A stretch of DNA of 63,865 bases, filler included, from Asterionella formosa (GCA_002256025.1; 16 parts of 16 records of this genome joined end to end with filler, not necessarily neighbours in it); one strand, 5' to 3'; shown: positions 11,289 to 23,945, counted from the whole stretch's first letter. Program-made: numbers and translations. The notes: a model not told the origin generated them from the letters alone.

Positions 11289-14200
11289 TCAGCAAACTCC
11301 AAAGAAGGGGCGGAATCTTCTGGTTGGACGCTTTCGTTCTCGCTTCATCTTGGCATTGAACGCTGCCTGTTCAGGGTCAAATACAACGTCACTGCTGGGC
11401 TGCCAACTTGGATACTCGTCAACTGTTGCCACCTTGCTCGTTTGTGACTGAGGCGAGGCCTGCGCTGATTGATTTTTGTCCCTCCGAGATGGTACGCTCT
11501 CCATCTTGGCAGTCTTCAACTTGTTGACTTGACCTTGTAGCACCTGTATCTCACTTTGGATCTTCTGCTTCTTGATCCACTCCTTCTTCAATTCGCGAAG
11601 CTTGTGCTCAATGCTAGCCACTTCAATGTCTGCCTTGATACGGGAAACTTCACTTTCTGTCGTCCAAATTGCGTGACTTGCTTCACTTCCATCGGTAACA
11701 CGGAGTAAACCAGCAAAGGTACGACTTGGATCATTGTCTCGAAAGAAGTCTTCGAGATGTCTCATCTCCTCTCCAGGTTTTTCAACATCGGCCTTTGAAA
11801 GTCCAGATTCAGATCCAGGTGATTCCATCACCACCTGGAGTTGCTTTCGGAAAACCTCATGTAAAACGGAGAATTCGGCAATACTTGATGGCTTGTCAGC
11901 GTTATGTACGAGACCAGGAATGCCATCTTCCCATACTCTTGGAATCCCATAAGATGGCGGTAGACCCAAAAGGTCGGCAAGTGCTCTGAGCCCACCAGAT
12001 GCAGTCAATTTCATGACAGCTAAATTCATAAAAGGAAAAAAAAGTCGGGACAGGTAGCTAGTGCTTGGATCAATTGAAATTGGGTAGATGTGTTTAATGT
12101 CGTGAATTCTGTCTTTTGAAGCTTCAACATGTGAGTGAACAGGGATGCCATTAATTTCGTCAACTAGATACAAATACTGTGTGGATTCATAGCACAAGAT
12201 CAAAGAATGGGTCGCTTTTTCTATAGCTCGTCGTGCCGCCAACATCGGATCATGTAAGTAATCATTGGATTGAGATACATTTTGATGTTCAATGAGCATC
12301 TCGAAACAGATGGCCTTGTATTCCATGGCACATCCAATCTCCTTGAGAATGTCATTAGCAACCATTTCAATTGAGCGGGCCCGACACTCTTTCTGCCAAG
12401 CTTTCATTCTAGCCTTGAATGTCCCTTTGTGACTGTTCAATGCTTGTCGCTTCAGTAAGAGCCAGAAATACAATCTTGCCGTTGCCTTGTTTATATCCAA
12501 AAGGTAGGTACCAATCTCAAGGGACACCCTGATGTCGTCATCTGCATTGATAACAATCTGTGATCTTCCAACTTTGGCATTGAGTTCCAGTTTGTATGGC
12601 AGAACAATGAGACAAGTGGGAACAACAACCTTTTCCTCATTAAAAATAATCTTGCACTGCCGCTCCATTGCTCGGTCGATCTTTCTCTTAGTCTCCACTG
12701 TCATACGCTTGATCACAACTGTTTCCTCGATGATCAGCTGCTGCTCTTCGTGCTTCTCGAGAATACGCTGGGCCGCAAGATTCGATGGTGATCCGAAGAA
12801 TGGATGCTTCAAAACCTCTTCCATGCTTTGCAATCGATCAGAATTAGGCACTAAAATCTGCATGAGAAGATCTTGGGCGAGAGGATCCTCAATTTTACTT
12901 CGAATGACACGTTCTGACTTTTGTCTATCCCATTCATAGAGCTCAGCAAAGTCTGAAATTCTGTTTAGATCACCATCGAAACCAAGATGGAAGAGGCTGC
13001 TACCTGAGCACATCGAATACAACAGTAAGCCAAAACCCCAAACATCGATGCTTTTGGAAGGGTCCAAAAGTTCATATGGAATTGTCGTTGTGTCTGGTTT
13101 TTCGATGATGCCGAACTCATTTGGTATATCGTTGTAGGTTTTGATGAGGAACGCATATTTCTCATCAGCCGTGAATCTTGGCTTGACTCTCTTCCAAAGT
13201 TTGGCATGAAAGAGTATACGATTCAAGACAACAGAAAATTCTTCGACGCCATCACAACGATTCAACGAAAATGGAAGATCATCAAACGAAATTGTTATCA
13301 AGGAGATAGACAAGACATCCTTCCAATCATTTCGATTCTCAAAGCCACCATAGATATCGTCCATTTCACTTCGTAAGGTCTTACTCCCAGAGGCTGTTTT
13401 GCCTACGTTTCTGGTGGCATTTGCCTTGGCAAGAAGTAACTTAGTTACTGAGGAAATGGTCTGAATGTCATCTGGAGTCAGCAGATTCAAATCCTTCGCA
13501 TCTTCAGATACACCGTGCCAGTATTCCTCATATTGTATCAATTTCTTATAGTCAGAAACAAGGTCTATTCTGCAGATCATCTCTGGCGGAAGAACACCAG
13601 TGCAAAACTTGGACGATCCACTTCCCATTTTTTCGCCCTTCCCCTTTATCCCAAATTTGCATGCAGAATCGAAATCAACAAGAGCAAGATTCTTTCCAAA
13701 TCGAACAACGTTTTCCATTTTAAGGTCCCCGTGAATTGTTGATTGTTCATGAAGACTTTGTAGGGCTGTTCCAATTTGAAAAAGGTATTCACGAATCTGC
13801 AAGATACCGAGTTCTTCATGTTGGCTAATTTCCCCCAGATCTCGATCGCCTGCAGGCATCACAACTGCGTACCTGTACAAAGCAAAGTTATGCACAGAGG
13901 CATTCTTCTCTTGTATGTCGAGTGCATACAGCTCGTCCGTGCTCTCCGGTGCACCCGCAATAGCGTCTTCAGCTACTTCATCACGAAATGAAATAGTATC
14001 GATGTCACGCTTTCGTGATAGTCTAATGCGATCCACACTATAGTCTTCCAGAATGGGCACAACTGGCCACTTAGTCCCCGACAAATCCAAAGATTTGCGA
14101 ACGTCTTTTTCGCGATGGAATTGTTCCGATGTCTTCATAAACTTGATAACCACAGTACGGACCCCATTATCTGATAGCCTGTGTGAACGACAAAAAGTTG

Positions 14201-17200
14201 AGAAGGCTTCCTTGCTAATCTCTAGCTCATCAACCTCCTCTGGCTCAGCCTCAGGCTCAGGCTCTGACTCAGGACTTTTGTTGAAGTCACCAGGTACATC
14301 GTCGTAACTACTATATGACTCGTCGTCATGACGACTAACTTCTCGCATTTCTAGACCAGTTTTCTTACTGGATGGGTGGGCTTCTTGTAGTCTCGACGTG
14401 TTGTTGAGCTGCATCAATTGGACAATATCTGTTTCCGCCGATTTAGAATCCACACCCAATCTTGCTGCGAAATGCAGGAACATTTTCATGGTGACAGTGT
14501 TGGGTCTGTCATGGTTTGATCGTTCTGGCCGGTCGCTACCGGCATCCGAAATATCGTCTTCGATCTCGTGCTCCTGAACGTCAAAAATCTGCAGAAAACG
14601 TTTGTACTCATCTTCCAGACCATGATCCCGAGCACGCATTACAAGGCACGACTCTGACTTGTGCACTGGATGAATTTCATTGAACAAAACATAGCGACCG
14701 ACAAATCGAAGCCTACTCATGATCAATAGCTTGCAAACAGGAGTTGCACAATCTTTGACCATTTCATTTGGGATTGGCAAAGACTTTGGATTGGCAACAT
14801 GAGCCAACACGTCCACAGCGTTGGCGGACAAGCCTCTAAGGATCCGACGAACCGTCCCAGCGAAATTGTCGAAGGGATCTTCAGAGTTACTGTATGTACA
14901 CAGGAAAAGCCATCCTTGCTTCGCCATGTCCGACAGTTTGGCCCTGCAGTTAATCTTTCGTTCCTCACCGCACTGAACTGCTTCACGTTGGATCATCGTT
15001 TCAAGCCGACGTATTCTCTCTCTGTCACTTCGATACTGCTTCCCAGTAACATGGTTTATCAGCAACGGATTATAAACAAATATAAGGTCTGAAACAAGAA
15101 GGTATTGCGCATTTTTCATGTCAGACATTGCCGCACTTCTAGCTGTGGACAAACCATCATCACTACTGGCACAATCCGCCTCTTCATCCGCATCCTGAAG
15201 GGTTTTCGCCCAAGCATTTTCTAGTATGTCAAGGGCAAATTGAGGCTCCTTTTCTATTTCACCCTCCTGAAGAGGAATAACTCGTGCACGCTCAGCCCCT
15301 TCGCCATAAGTCTGAAGCAGTCGTTCCAGGACCTTGAACGACACTTGGTACTCAGCCGCAATATGTAGAGGCAAATTTACTCCCCGACTTCCCCCAATCC
15401 TACAAATGCTCTCATTACTCATTATTGGACGGATCAAAAGCTCAACTGAAGCCACTGTTGCAAGGCCGCTCTTGAGGAGCAGGTGAATTGGAAGATCGCC
15501 CATGTCGTTGGTACGATAGCATCCATCTTGGTAAGCGTCGATAAGGAGCTTTAAAACAGCCTGTCCGGCGCCTCTTTCAGCTGCAATATGAATAGGCAGT
15601 CGACCGCTAGAGTCCTTCATCTTAATAGCGTTTTCTCCAGGTGGAGTAAGTAATGCCCGAATGACTCCGAGAGCAGGCGGTTCGTCCTTACTTAGTAAGA
15701 ACGCCGCATGAATAGGAGTTCTGCCCTCTAAATCTGTATCCACCAACGCCGCTGGATTCGATGAGATTATGGCCTGCAAGACATCATCGCTCACGCCACA
15801 CTTGAGAGCATAATGAAGTGGAACATCATCCACAGAGTCACCGGATCCAAATTTTGCAGCCAAGAGCATGGACACATTTAAGTTTAACCTTGGATTCGGC
15901 GGTTGGTCGGCCATCGCACTCAGTAACAGATGCAGCGGTGAACGACCATACATATTGCATGAATGTAAGAGCTGTCGAATTCGAACATCAGATACACTGA
16001 GATGGCTTCCAGGTTCGCCTCGACTATAATACCACAATCCGTACGACCGTCCTGGCATGTGAGGGAACTGTAGTCTGACAAGGGACCCAGAAATCGGTGG
16101 AACCTCACAACTTGCCACGACAGCATCCCCCCAAGGAATGTCAGGATTTGGTCGTAAACGTCTGTTGTCGTCTCGAACAATCAACATGCCTCCGAATGCA
16201 TGTTGACCGTTGTCATCGGACTCTTCGGCGTGCTTGCATTCAACATAGTAAGACAAAAAAATCGTGTGAGTGCAATCCTCAGTTACCAGAACGTCAAGTC
16301 GCTGCCAGGGCTTGGGCGGCGACATGCCCACAGCGTTTTCTGGTTTCTCCCATGAAGCTTCTGTCACTCGCAATGGTACTTGAGGCAGCAATCGAACGCC
16401 CACAGCTCGAGTAAGTCGACAAGTAGCAGAATAACTTAAGGCATCAATTGGCGCCAGAAAGGAAGTTAGTGAGTATTGGAACCAATATTGCTTCATCATG
16501 TGATTCATTCTAGCAGCAGGTGCACGCAACTCAGCTTCATGGGCAATCGTTCGTCCAGTACAAGCAACCCGCACAAAAACGTCTTGATCATCCATGGTAA
16601 TTACGGTTAATTTCCACAAGCCTGATGGCCGCAAATTGGTTATGATGCGTCCGACACTCTTGATATACTTTCTAGTATTGGGCTCTTGATTATAATTTGC
16701 TAAATACGACCACACTCTCGAAACTGTTTCACTTAAGGGGGCCGTCCCGCTATCTCTAGCTTCGTTACGAATCAATCGTTCCAATCGACGCAAACGAATG
16801 GGATCGTCAATGTATCGATTTCCTGAAACTGGATCAACCACCTCTATCCCAAACGACAGCAGCAAGTCCGACCGAAGGGCAAAATAAACTAACACATCTT
16901 CAGTGTTTTCTTCGCCACTCAGGGGATTATCCTGTAACCGCTCAGCCGCTTCAGTTTCTTCGGCAGCCCTACCTTTTTCAAAGATTTCTAATGCACAAAG
17001 GGATAGAAAGTTGATATTTGGTATGTTCTCCATTGATCCATCAGTGTCCATACCGACACATTCGTCGATTTCCGTTAGCGATTCTGGTGATGTATTCAAA
17101 GATTCTTCTTCCCAAGGTTCATCGTCGTCTGCTGTCGGCATAGGGTTTTCGAGTGATTCCATTGGAGCTCCTTCCCAGTTGTTTTCCACTGCACTCTGTT

Positions 17201-18332
17201 TTCTGACCGCATCATCTGGATATAAAGGTTCTGGCTCGGTTATTTTCTCTTCAGGTTTTGAATAAGTACCGTTTTGCGCTGAATCCAGAATTTCACTTGT
17301 TGCGAGTGTGACTCCTTTCGTTTCCCCCATGAGTTCCCCTTTCCCATAGATATGTTTCTTATTCCAAGGGACTCTGATGCCAACTCCACCCGGATATTGA
17401 CGACAAAGCCCTTGCAAAATCTCCAGTTTGACCCCATGATGGGCTGCAATGTGAATGGGAAGAATCTTGGCATGTCCGAATGTTTGACAAGCCACTTGAG
17501 CAGGACTGGTAAAGGAGGGAGCACAACTAACATCATCTTTGCTATATTGCGATTGTGCTTGCTTGGTCAGATTTTCTAATTGCACCATGGTGCTTGGCTT
17601 GGTCGTCGACACGCTCGCTGTGCGTCGTAATGCTGTCACGGCCAATGGAATTAACAAGGCCTCGATGCTATCGAGATTTCCATTTCCATGATGATGTAGG
17701 ATATGGCATGGCAAATCGCCATATTTGTCTGCAATAAATGTTGATTCTGGGCACGCCTCGACTAGGGCTTGGATGTACTCGGATGGCAAATTTTTGGCAC
17801 AAGCAATGTGTAAGGGCAATCGTTTCTCCTTATCAGGGTGCATGAGTGCTTTCAAGGCAAATTCACGCTGTGCCATCATGATGCGGAGTGCTCCAACGGG
17901 CGGGGCTACATTGGAGTCCAGAAGCGAGTGCAGCGGCGTCTGCCCCCAGATATTCACGATTTGAATGGACTCCGGTGCAGCTTCCACCAGGACATTGTAC
18001 AGCACTTCAACAAACGGCCCCCGCCTCCAATTGGCGCAAAAATGAATTGGAAGGGATCCCGCCTTGTCAGATATGAGACAAGCCGTGGGCTCGGCGTGGC
18101 AGAGCATGGCAATAACATCGAGCGGGGCTCTGACGCAACTCAGCATGAGGGGGGTCCATTCATGTGGGCCTTCCTTGGTCATGAGCGCCTCCGAGAGGCG
18201 TTCCTGGTCCCATTCACTGTAATCTTCGTCAAGGTGCGCGCCAGGTGAAATGACGCTGAGGATTCGTTTCTTCACTTCGCCCCATTGAGCTCCTTCGCAC
18301 AAGCAATGCAGGGTCGAACTAAAGTGCGCCAT
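11289..18332 (-). CDS. Large ankyrin-repeat protein with an insertion-split Ser/Thr kinase domain (2347 aa, intronless)
   Basis: One uninterrupted ORF. It has many ankyrin-type repeats (WTPLM, LPIH, GQTPLH, GRLPIHIAA) and kinase motifs VVIKFMK, HGDLKMEN, VDFD, GVLPPEM, DVWGFG and VLKHPFF. The C-terminus looks coiled-coil. Confidence 0.92.
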   Translation of the reverse strand: MAHFSSTLHCLCEGAQWGEVKKRILSVISPGAHLDEDYSEWDQERLSEALMTKEGPHEWTPLMLSCVRAPLDVIAMLCHAEPTACLISDKAGSLPIHFCANWRRGPFVEVLYNVLVEAAPESIQIVNIWGQTPLHSLLDSNVAPPVGALRIMMAQREFALKALMHPDKEKRLPLHIACAKNLPSEYIQALVEACPESTFIADKYGDLPCHILHHHGNGNLDSIEALLIPLAVTALRRTASVSTTKPSTMVQLENLTKQAQSQYSKDDVSCAPSFTSPAQVACQTFGHAKILPIHIAAHHGVKLEILQGLCRQYPGGVGIRVPWNKKHIYGKGELMGETKGVTLATSEILDSAQNGTYSKPEEKITEPEPLYPDDAVRKQSAVENNWEGAPMESLENPMPTADDDEPWEEESLNTSPESLTEIDECVGMDTDGSMENIPNINFLSLCALEIFEKGRAAEETEAAERLQDNPLSGEENTEDVLVYFALRSDLLLSFGIEVVDPVSGNRYIDDPIRLRRLERLIRNEARDSGTAPLSETVSRVWSYLANYNQEPNTRKYIKSVGRIITNLRPSGLWKLTVITMDDQDVFVRVACTGRTIAHEAELRAPAARMNHMMKQYWFQYSLTSFLAPIDALSYSATCRLTRAVGVRLLPQVPLRVTEASWEKPENAVGMSPPKPWQRLDVLVTEDCTHTIFLSYYVECKHAEESDDNGQHAFGGMLIVRDDNRRLRPNPDIPWGDAVVASCEVPPISGSLVRLQFPHMPGRSYGLWYYSRGEPGSHLSVSDVRIRQLLHSCNMYGRSPLHLLLSAMADQPPNPRLNLNVSMLLAAKFGSGDSVDDVPLHYALKCGVSDDVLQAIISSNPAALVDTDLEGRTPIHAAFLLSKDEPPALGVIRALLTPPGENAIKMKDSSGRLPIHIAAERGAGQAVLKLLIDAYQDGCYRTNDMGDLPIHLLLKSGLATVASVELLIRPIMSNESICRIGGSRGVNLPLHIAAEYQVSFKVLERLLQTYGEGAERARVIPLQEGEIEKEPQFALDILENAWAKTLQDADEEADCASSDDGLSTARSAAMSDMKNAQYLLVSDLIFVYNPLLINHVTGKQYRSDRERIRRLETMIQREAVQCGEERKINCRAKLSDMAKQGWLFLCTYSNSEDPFDNFAGTVRRILRGLSANAVDVLAHVANPKSLPIPNEMVKDCATPVCKLLIMSRLRFVGRYVLFNEIHPVHKSESCLVMRARDHGLEDEYKRFLQIFDVQEHEIEDDISDAGSDRPERSNHDRPNTVTMKMFLHFAARLGVDSKSAETDIVQLMQLNNTSRLQEAHPSSKKTGLEMREVSRHDDESYSSYDDVPGDFNKSPESEPEPEAEPEEVDELEISKEAFSTFCRSHRLSDNGVRTVVIKFMKTSEQFHREKDVRKSLDLSGTKWPVVPILEDYSVDRIRLSRKRDIDTISFRDEVAEDAIAGAPESTDELYALDIQEKNASVHNFALYRYAVVMPAGDRDLGEISQHEELGILQIREYLFQIGTALQSLHEQSTIHGDLKMENVVRFGKNLALVDFDSACKFGIKGKGEKMGSGSSKFCTGVLPPEMICRIDLVSDYKKLIQYEEYWHGVSEDAKDLNLLTPDDIQTISSVTKLLLAKANATRNVGKTASGSKTLRSEMDDIYGGFENRNDWKDVLSISLITISFDDLPFSLNRCDGVEEFSVVLNRILFHAKLWKRVKPRFTADEKYAFLIKTYNDIPNEFGIIEKPDTTTIPYELLDPSKSIDVWGFGLLLYSMCSGSSLFHLGFDGDLNRISDFAELYEWDRQKSERVIRSKIEDPLAQDLLMQILVPNSDRLQSMEEVLKHPFFGSPSNLAAQRILEKHEEQQLIIEETVVIKRMTVETKRKIDRAMERQCKIIFNEEKVVVPTCLIVLPYKLELNAKVGRSQIVINADDDIRVSLEIGTYLLDINKATARLYFWLLLKRQALNSHKGTFKARMKAWQKECRARSIEMVANDILKEIGCAMEYKAICFEMLIEHQNVSQSNDYLHDPMLAARRAIEKATHSLILCYESTQYLYLVDEINGIPVHSHVEASKDRIHDIKHIYPISIDPSTSYLSRLFFPFMNLAVMKLTASGGLRALADLLGLPPSYGIPRVWEDGIPGLVHNADKPSSIAEFSVLHEVFRKQLQVVMESPGSESGLSKADVEKPGEEMRHLEDFFRDNDPSRTFAGLLRVTDGSEASHAIWTTESEVSRIKADIEVASIEHKLRELKKEWIKKQKIQSEIQVLQGQVNKLKTAKMESVPSRRDKNQSAQASPQSQTSKVATVDEYPSWQPSSDVVFDPEQAAFNAKMKRERKRPTRRFRPFFGVC

Positions 18333-21300
18333 GTCCCTTGGATGCAGTATGCGATGACTCCCAGATCAGAGGTTTCGTGTGCCTCAATGGCAAGAAGGAC
18401 GTCGGAAAATTCCCTTGCCCCCAAGCAACAACTGAAGAACTAATTCAGAACCGATCGGTCAACACTCGGCCTTTTTGGTTGCAGGTTTGCCCTACTTGTT
18501 CGATTTATGGTCTCATACTAAATCTTCAACTCCTCCGTGCCTTGCTACGCCCCGGTACACTTCATTACCCTTTATGACTGATGGTCTATTGTACATGGGG
18601 AGCAATACACTTTCGTCAGTTTTCAACAGCCCACATATATATACCTTGTGACTGCTTGGCCCATGAAAAACAAGGGTCATGTTGCTTTATGATAATCCTT
18701 TTTATCCAATAGTGATAAATATCATAGTATAAAATATATTGCATACATAAATATCTTAATACCTTCATATCCTTTTGTCCTAGATAGAAATGTCCTCTAC
18801 TATACTATGTATCCTTCTACTCTCTGGATATACCGGTACCGATATTCTGGAACTTCTACGACACGCTGCATACTACTATGTTGCATTTTTTCAAAGTGCC
18901 CTTTGCAAGCAAATTATAACAATACCATGAAATATATATGTTATGAATATACATATATTTTAGATTCAACATTGAACTTTCCGGGTCAAAATCCCGTCTC
19001 TCATTTCTTGCTCTTCTTAGTACTAAGCCTACGTGCGCAGTCTGTAGAACTGTTGCTGGCACCCTCCTCATTCACCATGTCCATTTTGGACACTGCTGCT
19101 ACCTCCTCCTCCTCCTCTTCTCTTCTTCTACATTCACTTGCTCCGCTAGACCTGCTGGTCCCTCCACAGCAAAATGCTTCCAAGTCTGCCCTTTCCCTCC
19201 TGAGAAAACACATTTTGCCTACTATACACACTGGTGCTCACAGGTCTTCTTATTCAAACAAAGGTGTGTCAATCGTCCTCCCATGACCTTTCCCTGCCTC
19301 TCTATCAATTCTAATTCTCCAATATTTACCTGGGATACCACCAGACCCTTTGGATTTAAAAAAAACCCAAAAAAAACTGTTTCCTTTTGCTTCCATCCAC
19401 TCATCTTGCCAATAGGCACCAATGACGGAAACATCACTTTCCTCTGCTCCTTCTAAAGAATTGGCATCTCAAGTATCTCCTCTCTCATCTCCAAATCTGC
19501 CATCAGATTCTTCATTTCATCATGAATTGCCATATTCATTTCTTTTTAAGCCTGTCACCACTTTCAATGACAGGCCTTGTTCTTTCCAGCAATGATATCT
19601 GCTTCTTGCTTCCACCCTGTGTTTCTTCTATCTGTTTGTTGATTCAAGTTTTTCTCCTCTATCACCTACAACTGCTTTGCTTCCGCCCTTCTTATCTCAA
19701 TTATGACAATGTCTTCTTTTTCTCTCACTTGATCCACCATAGTACTCTAAGTGAAAAAGGGCTCCATGCCTGGCTGGCTCACACCTAATCCAGTTTCAAA
19801 ATCTCCTTCAAAACTCAAAGAGCCACATGGGCTTCTTGCATCATGAACCCACTGTCCTACATTTATAATCCTGGTCCTCTGGGTTGCAGTGCAGAACAAA
19901 GAACTCCAAAATAGTTGAGGCTCCTGTAGGCATACTTAAAAATTTAAATTGCAAATATATTTATACTACATATCGTTGCATAAATATGAATAGTTTTACT
20001 GGGGGCGTATAATTCAAGTAACATTTATTACTGTAGCTACACGCAAGGATAATAATTATTGGTCCACATGCTGTGATTAAAAATTTCTGTAAAGAAGAAG
20101 ACAAAGGAACTCTACGAAGTACCCAATTTGGAGCCATTTAGCACCAAATTGGGACTCCAAATTGATTATTTTTCGGGGTTTTCTCAATGTCCAAAATCGA
20201 AAAATTGTAATTTTTGCTAAATCGATATTTTTGATACCAATTTGGGAAAATAAGAGTGAGGTATGGTTTAATTCTAAAATAGGTATTTATTTAGCCTCGC
20301 AGAAACACCAATTTGCTGTCAATTTTAATATTACTACCAATCGGGTTTTATGGTTATACTTTGTTAAGATTAGGGTCTGGGGTTTGAAATGTTGCTACCA
20401 AATTGGATCCAAATTGGCTGGTGAATTATGTGATTTATCAATGTATTAATAAAATTTTAATATTATGTGTAAAATTATTTTTATTTTAGTATCATGTATT
20501 GTCATTCTTGGTGTAATACTATGTTCCCTTTGGGATTTGTGGAAGGGTTAGCTTCCACTTATTATCCTGGTTTTCCAATACATTCATTCTTATTCAATGA
20601 TTGTTTACACTCCTTGTTCATTAATGGTAGCTGGAATTCGGATACCACTCATGTTCAGTTTTGTTATCAGAATGAAAAAATTGTGAATTCAGTGTTTGCA
20701 GGAATGTCACATAACTCATTTGACAATTTTCAGTAAAAGTCGTATTATTTACAGGAATGCCTAAAATACTTGTGGCTTAGCTGATCATGAAGCGAATGCT
20801 CCGATAATTCTCCGGCTAACAGCCCCGCTTTCTATTAAAAAAATATTCTAAGCAAATGGTGCATATAAAAAATGTTGTAAGTATAGTAGCTTAGTAGAAA
20901 TCGGTGAACCTGACCTCGATTTTTTGGCGCATTTTTCATAGAATCGTGCCCAGTTGGGAGTGTTTTCTCTGGAATCCTTTTTTGAACCTTTTCTAATCAA
21001 TGAACAGATGATGAAGGATTTGACACTACTAGAACGACAACAATATACATCGTCAATGGCTCGCTTCTCAACCTCCAAAGGTCAGTATGCTGGCCAACAA
21101 AAGTTAATACGGCTAGCCTCTAGTGTTGCGACAATGTGGTTTAGAACAAGCCTTGTTAATAAATCGTTAACTAGTGTCTTAACGACAATTCCATACTATG
21201 CTTCTTGGTGTTAGTACAATCCGAAAATACGAAAATATGGTACATTATAATGGTCTCCATTTCATCATTTGATGTCAAAATGTGTAGACAGTACAAAATC

Positions 21301-21656
21301 ACTTTATTCTTATGTTGGCAGACTATTGTGCATGTATAAATTGGAATCATGGCACACACAATCATGCTGTCATGATGCCATGACAATCCAACTGAAGAAA
21401 AGGTTTTAAATCATCCATCTAAATTTATTTGGAATATAAGATATCCTATTCAAAGGCAAAATGTTTGCTCATCTAAATGAGGAAATTATATTTCTTCCAA
21501 TGTGCTGCCTCACTAAGCATTTTCTGCTTCCTCTCTCTAGTGAACTGCAAAAATATATTGTTCCAGCCCTACCCTTCATCTGTTTATATGTGAAGCAAAT
21601 GACTTGTGCATCATCCATACTAGTAAATATCAGCATATTGCTGAAATTGAGAAAGT

Positions 21657-21896
21657 GGGCGCGCTCTGATAATAAAAAATTATTATATCATGTGTGTATT
21701 ATAACACAAATTATTCTGGTGATCTGCTACATAATATCGTCCTTGCGCTCTGATAATAGAGATATTTTAGATTACTTCTCTGACATTATATATATTTTTA
21801 ACTTTAATTTTCAACAGTTAAATTTTCATATCGATGCATCCTCTTGTATGCTATGCCGCCTCTTGTTCATTATATGCATGAGTTCTATATATTCAT
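21657..21896 (+). mobile_element. 5' end of a PIF/Harbinger (PHIS)-type transposon, truncated by the contig end
   Basis: Nearly identical to 47239-47477. It begins with TIR GGGCGCGCTCTGAT, preceded by AGT. Confidence 0.85.
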
Positions 21897-21996
21897 NNNN
21901 NNNNNNNNNNNNNNNNNNNNNNNNNNNNNNNNNNNNNNNNTTAATTAATTAANNNNNNNNNNNNNNNNNNNNNNNNNNNNNNNNNNNNNNNNNNNN
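21897..21996. other. Artificial contig-joining linker (N44-TTAATTAATTAA-N44)
   Basis: The same 100-bp linker, with stops in all six frames, recurs at 43865, 45294, 46723, 48152, 49587, 51015, 52443, 53871, 55299, 56726, 58154, 59581, 61008 and 62435. Confidence 0.98.
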
Positions 21997-22269
21997 ACAA
22001 TAATTGCGGTTGTCGATACAGAAATTATATGATCGGCCATAAAAAAATATTGTTAGTTTGCCCCAAAATTTATGTGGGTTTATAAAAAATTTAGGAAGTT
22101 GTCGAAAATATCTTAGTTCACTCCTATCATATATATTCTATGATGCATCACATTTTATATTTTATATCATACCCTTAAATTATGTATATAGCCCAATTTG
22201 TCATAGTGGGCCACCCAAAATTTTAATTTGGGTGATCATATTTGACTAGCGTTTTTTTTGTGGTGGCTG

Positions 22270-23935
22270 TACCAATAATCGGCGTTGTAGATGAAGCTAC
22301 TGATGATGCAAGTAATGATGAACTGCTCGGAGAAGACTATGACGAAATGGCTCCGGATGAACTATATATGAAGCAGAACAGTTTGAATTAAACAATTTTC
22401 CAAGAGGATGACCCTGAACCTGAGGGCAACAATGAAATTAATGTTGAAATGAATGCTGATGAAATCCAAGATGAGGATGAAGAACTAGTAAATGAAACTG
22501 AAAATGTAGAGGCAATGATAGAAGAAGAATTTAATTCAAACACTGAGGATGACACAGACCCAAATGTTAGAACTACAAGGTATGGAAGGGTCTCAAGACC
22601 ACCAACAAAACTGACTATGGTCCAACATCATTTGCATACTCAAGCACACTGTCAAGAATACACCAATAAAAATGCGAAAGTGATAGCAAAGACAATGTGT
22701 TATAATAATGAGATGTTTTTCATTAAAGAAGCATTTCACTTCGTTCAGTTATGCAGCTTAACAAAAGGCCTCAAGAAATTTGGCCAGAAAGGAAGGGATG
22801 CTGCGTATAAGGAAATGAAACAACTACACGATAGAGTTGTATTTGGACCGATTAGGGTTGAAGAACTAGCTGAGCTCGAAAAGCGACGCGCAATGGAAAG
22901 TCTAATTTTTCTGGTTGAAAAGATTGACAAGAGTATTAAAGGCAGAGCTTGTGCCAATGGCAGTTATCAACGTGAACATATGGAAAGAGATGAGGCAACT
23001 AGTCCCACCACCATTACTGAATCTGTTATGATAACAGCAACAATTGATCCGATGCAAAATCGCGATGTCATGACAGCAGATATACCCAATGCGTTTGTGC
23101 AAGTGTGGATATCGACAAGAAAGATAAAAGGGGAACAATTCGTTATGAAGATTAGAGGTTTAGTTCTCTATATGTTGACGGAACTCAGCCCCAAGACTTA
23201 AGAAAAAATGTTGTTTATGAACGCAACAACAAGGTATCAGAGAAGCTTGAACATGAGAAGGCAAAAAATATTTCATACTTTTGTTATGAAAGGAATGTTC
23301 CTTTGTAAGCGAGGAAGACAGGACATTCAACCAGGAATTACATTTCTGGCAACCTGAACTACCAAGCCAAATGAAGGGCATTGGGTAAAATTAGCCAAGA
23401 TTATGAATTTCTTGAAAGCAACTCAGAATGAGGTTGCGTCTATGAGTGCTGATGACACTCAGAGTATTAAATGGTACGTTGATGCGGCGGTTGCGGTACA
23501 CAACAAAGACTTCAAAAGTCATACAGGAGCTACGTTGTCACTTGGAAAAGGGATTATTTGTTCTGTGTCTACAAAACAGAAAGTGAACACGAGAAGCTTG
23601 ACTGAAGCAGAATTGGTTGGTGTCAACGATTTTATATCAAAGGTGTTGTGGAAAAAACTATTTATTGAAGCGCAAGGACACAAAGTGACTACAAATGTCA
23701 TTGACCATGACAGCACTACTAGCGCAATGAAGCTAGAAGAGAATGGAAAAGCAAGTTCAGGAAAAAAATGCAACATTTCAACATTACGTATTTTTACATC
23801 ACTGATCTTATTGAAAGAAAGGAAGTACAGATATAGTACTGTCCAACGGATGCAGTGATTGCAGACTACATGACAAAACCACTGGTTGGAACGAAATTTA
23901 TTCATTTTTGTGAGCAAATTATGAATTCAAAGTGA
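22270..23935 (+). mobile_element. Degenerate Ty1/copia (CoDi-type) retrotransposon pol (RT + RNase H)
   Basis: Motifs include GLKKFGQKG, IKGRACANGS, ATSPT, VMTADIPNAFVQ, KWYVDA, KSHTG, KQKVNTRSLTEAELVG and ADYMTKPL. There are frameshifts and an internal deletion. The probable 3' LTR starts TGTTG at 25782 after GAGTG. Confidence 0.9.
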
Positions 23936-23945
23936 GCATCCCTGC

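Noticed and set aside
18807..19930. Possible decayed gene (weak MORN-like GQWVHD...FEGDF on the minus strand)
   Set aside because: It is too fragmentary and low-complexity to support a call.
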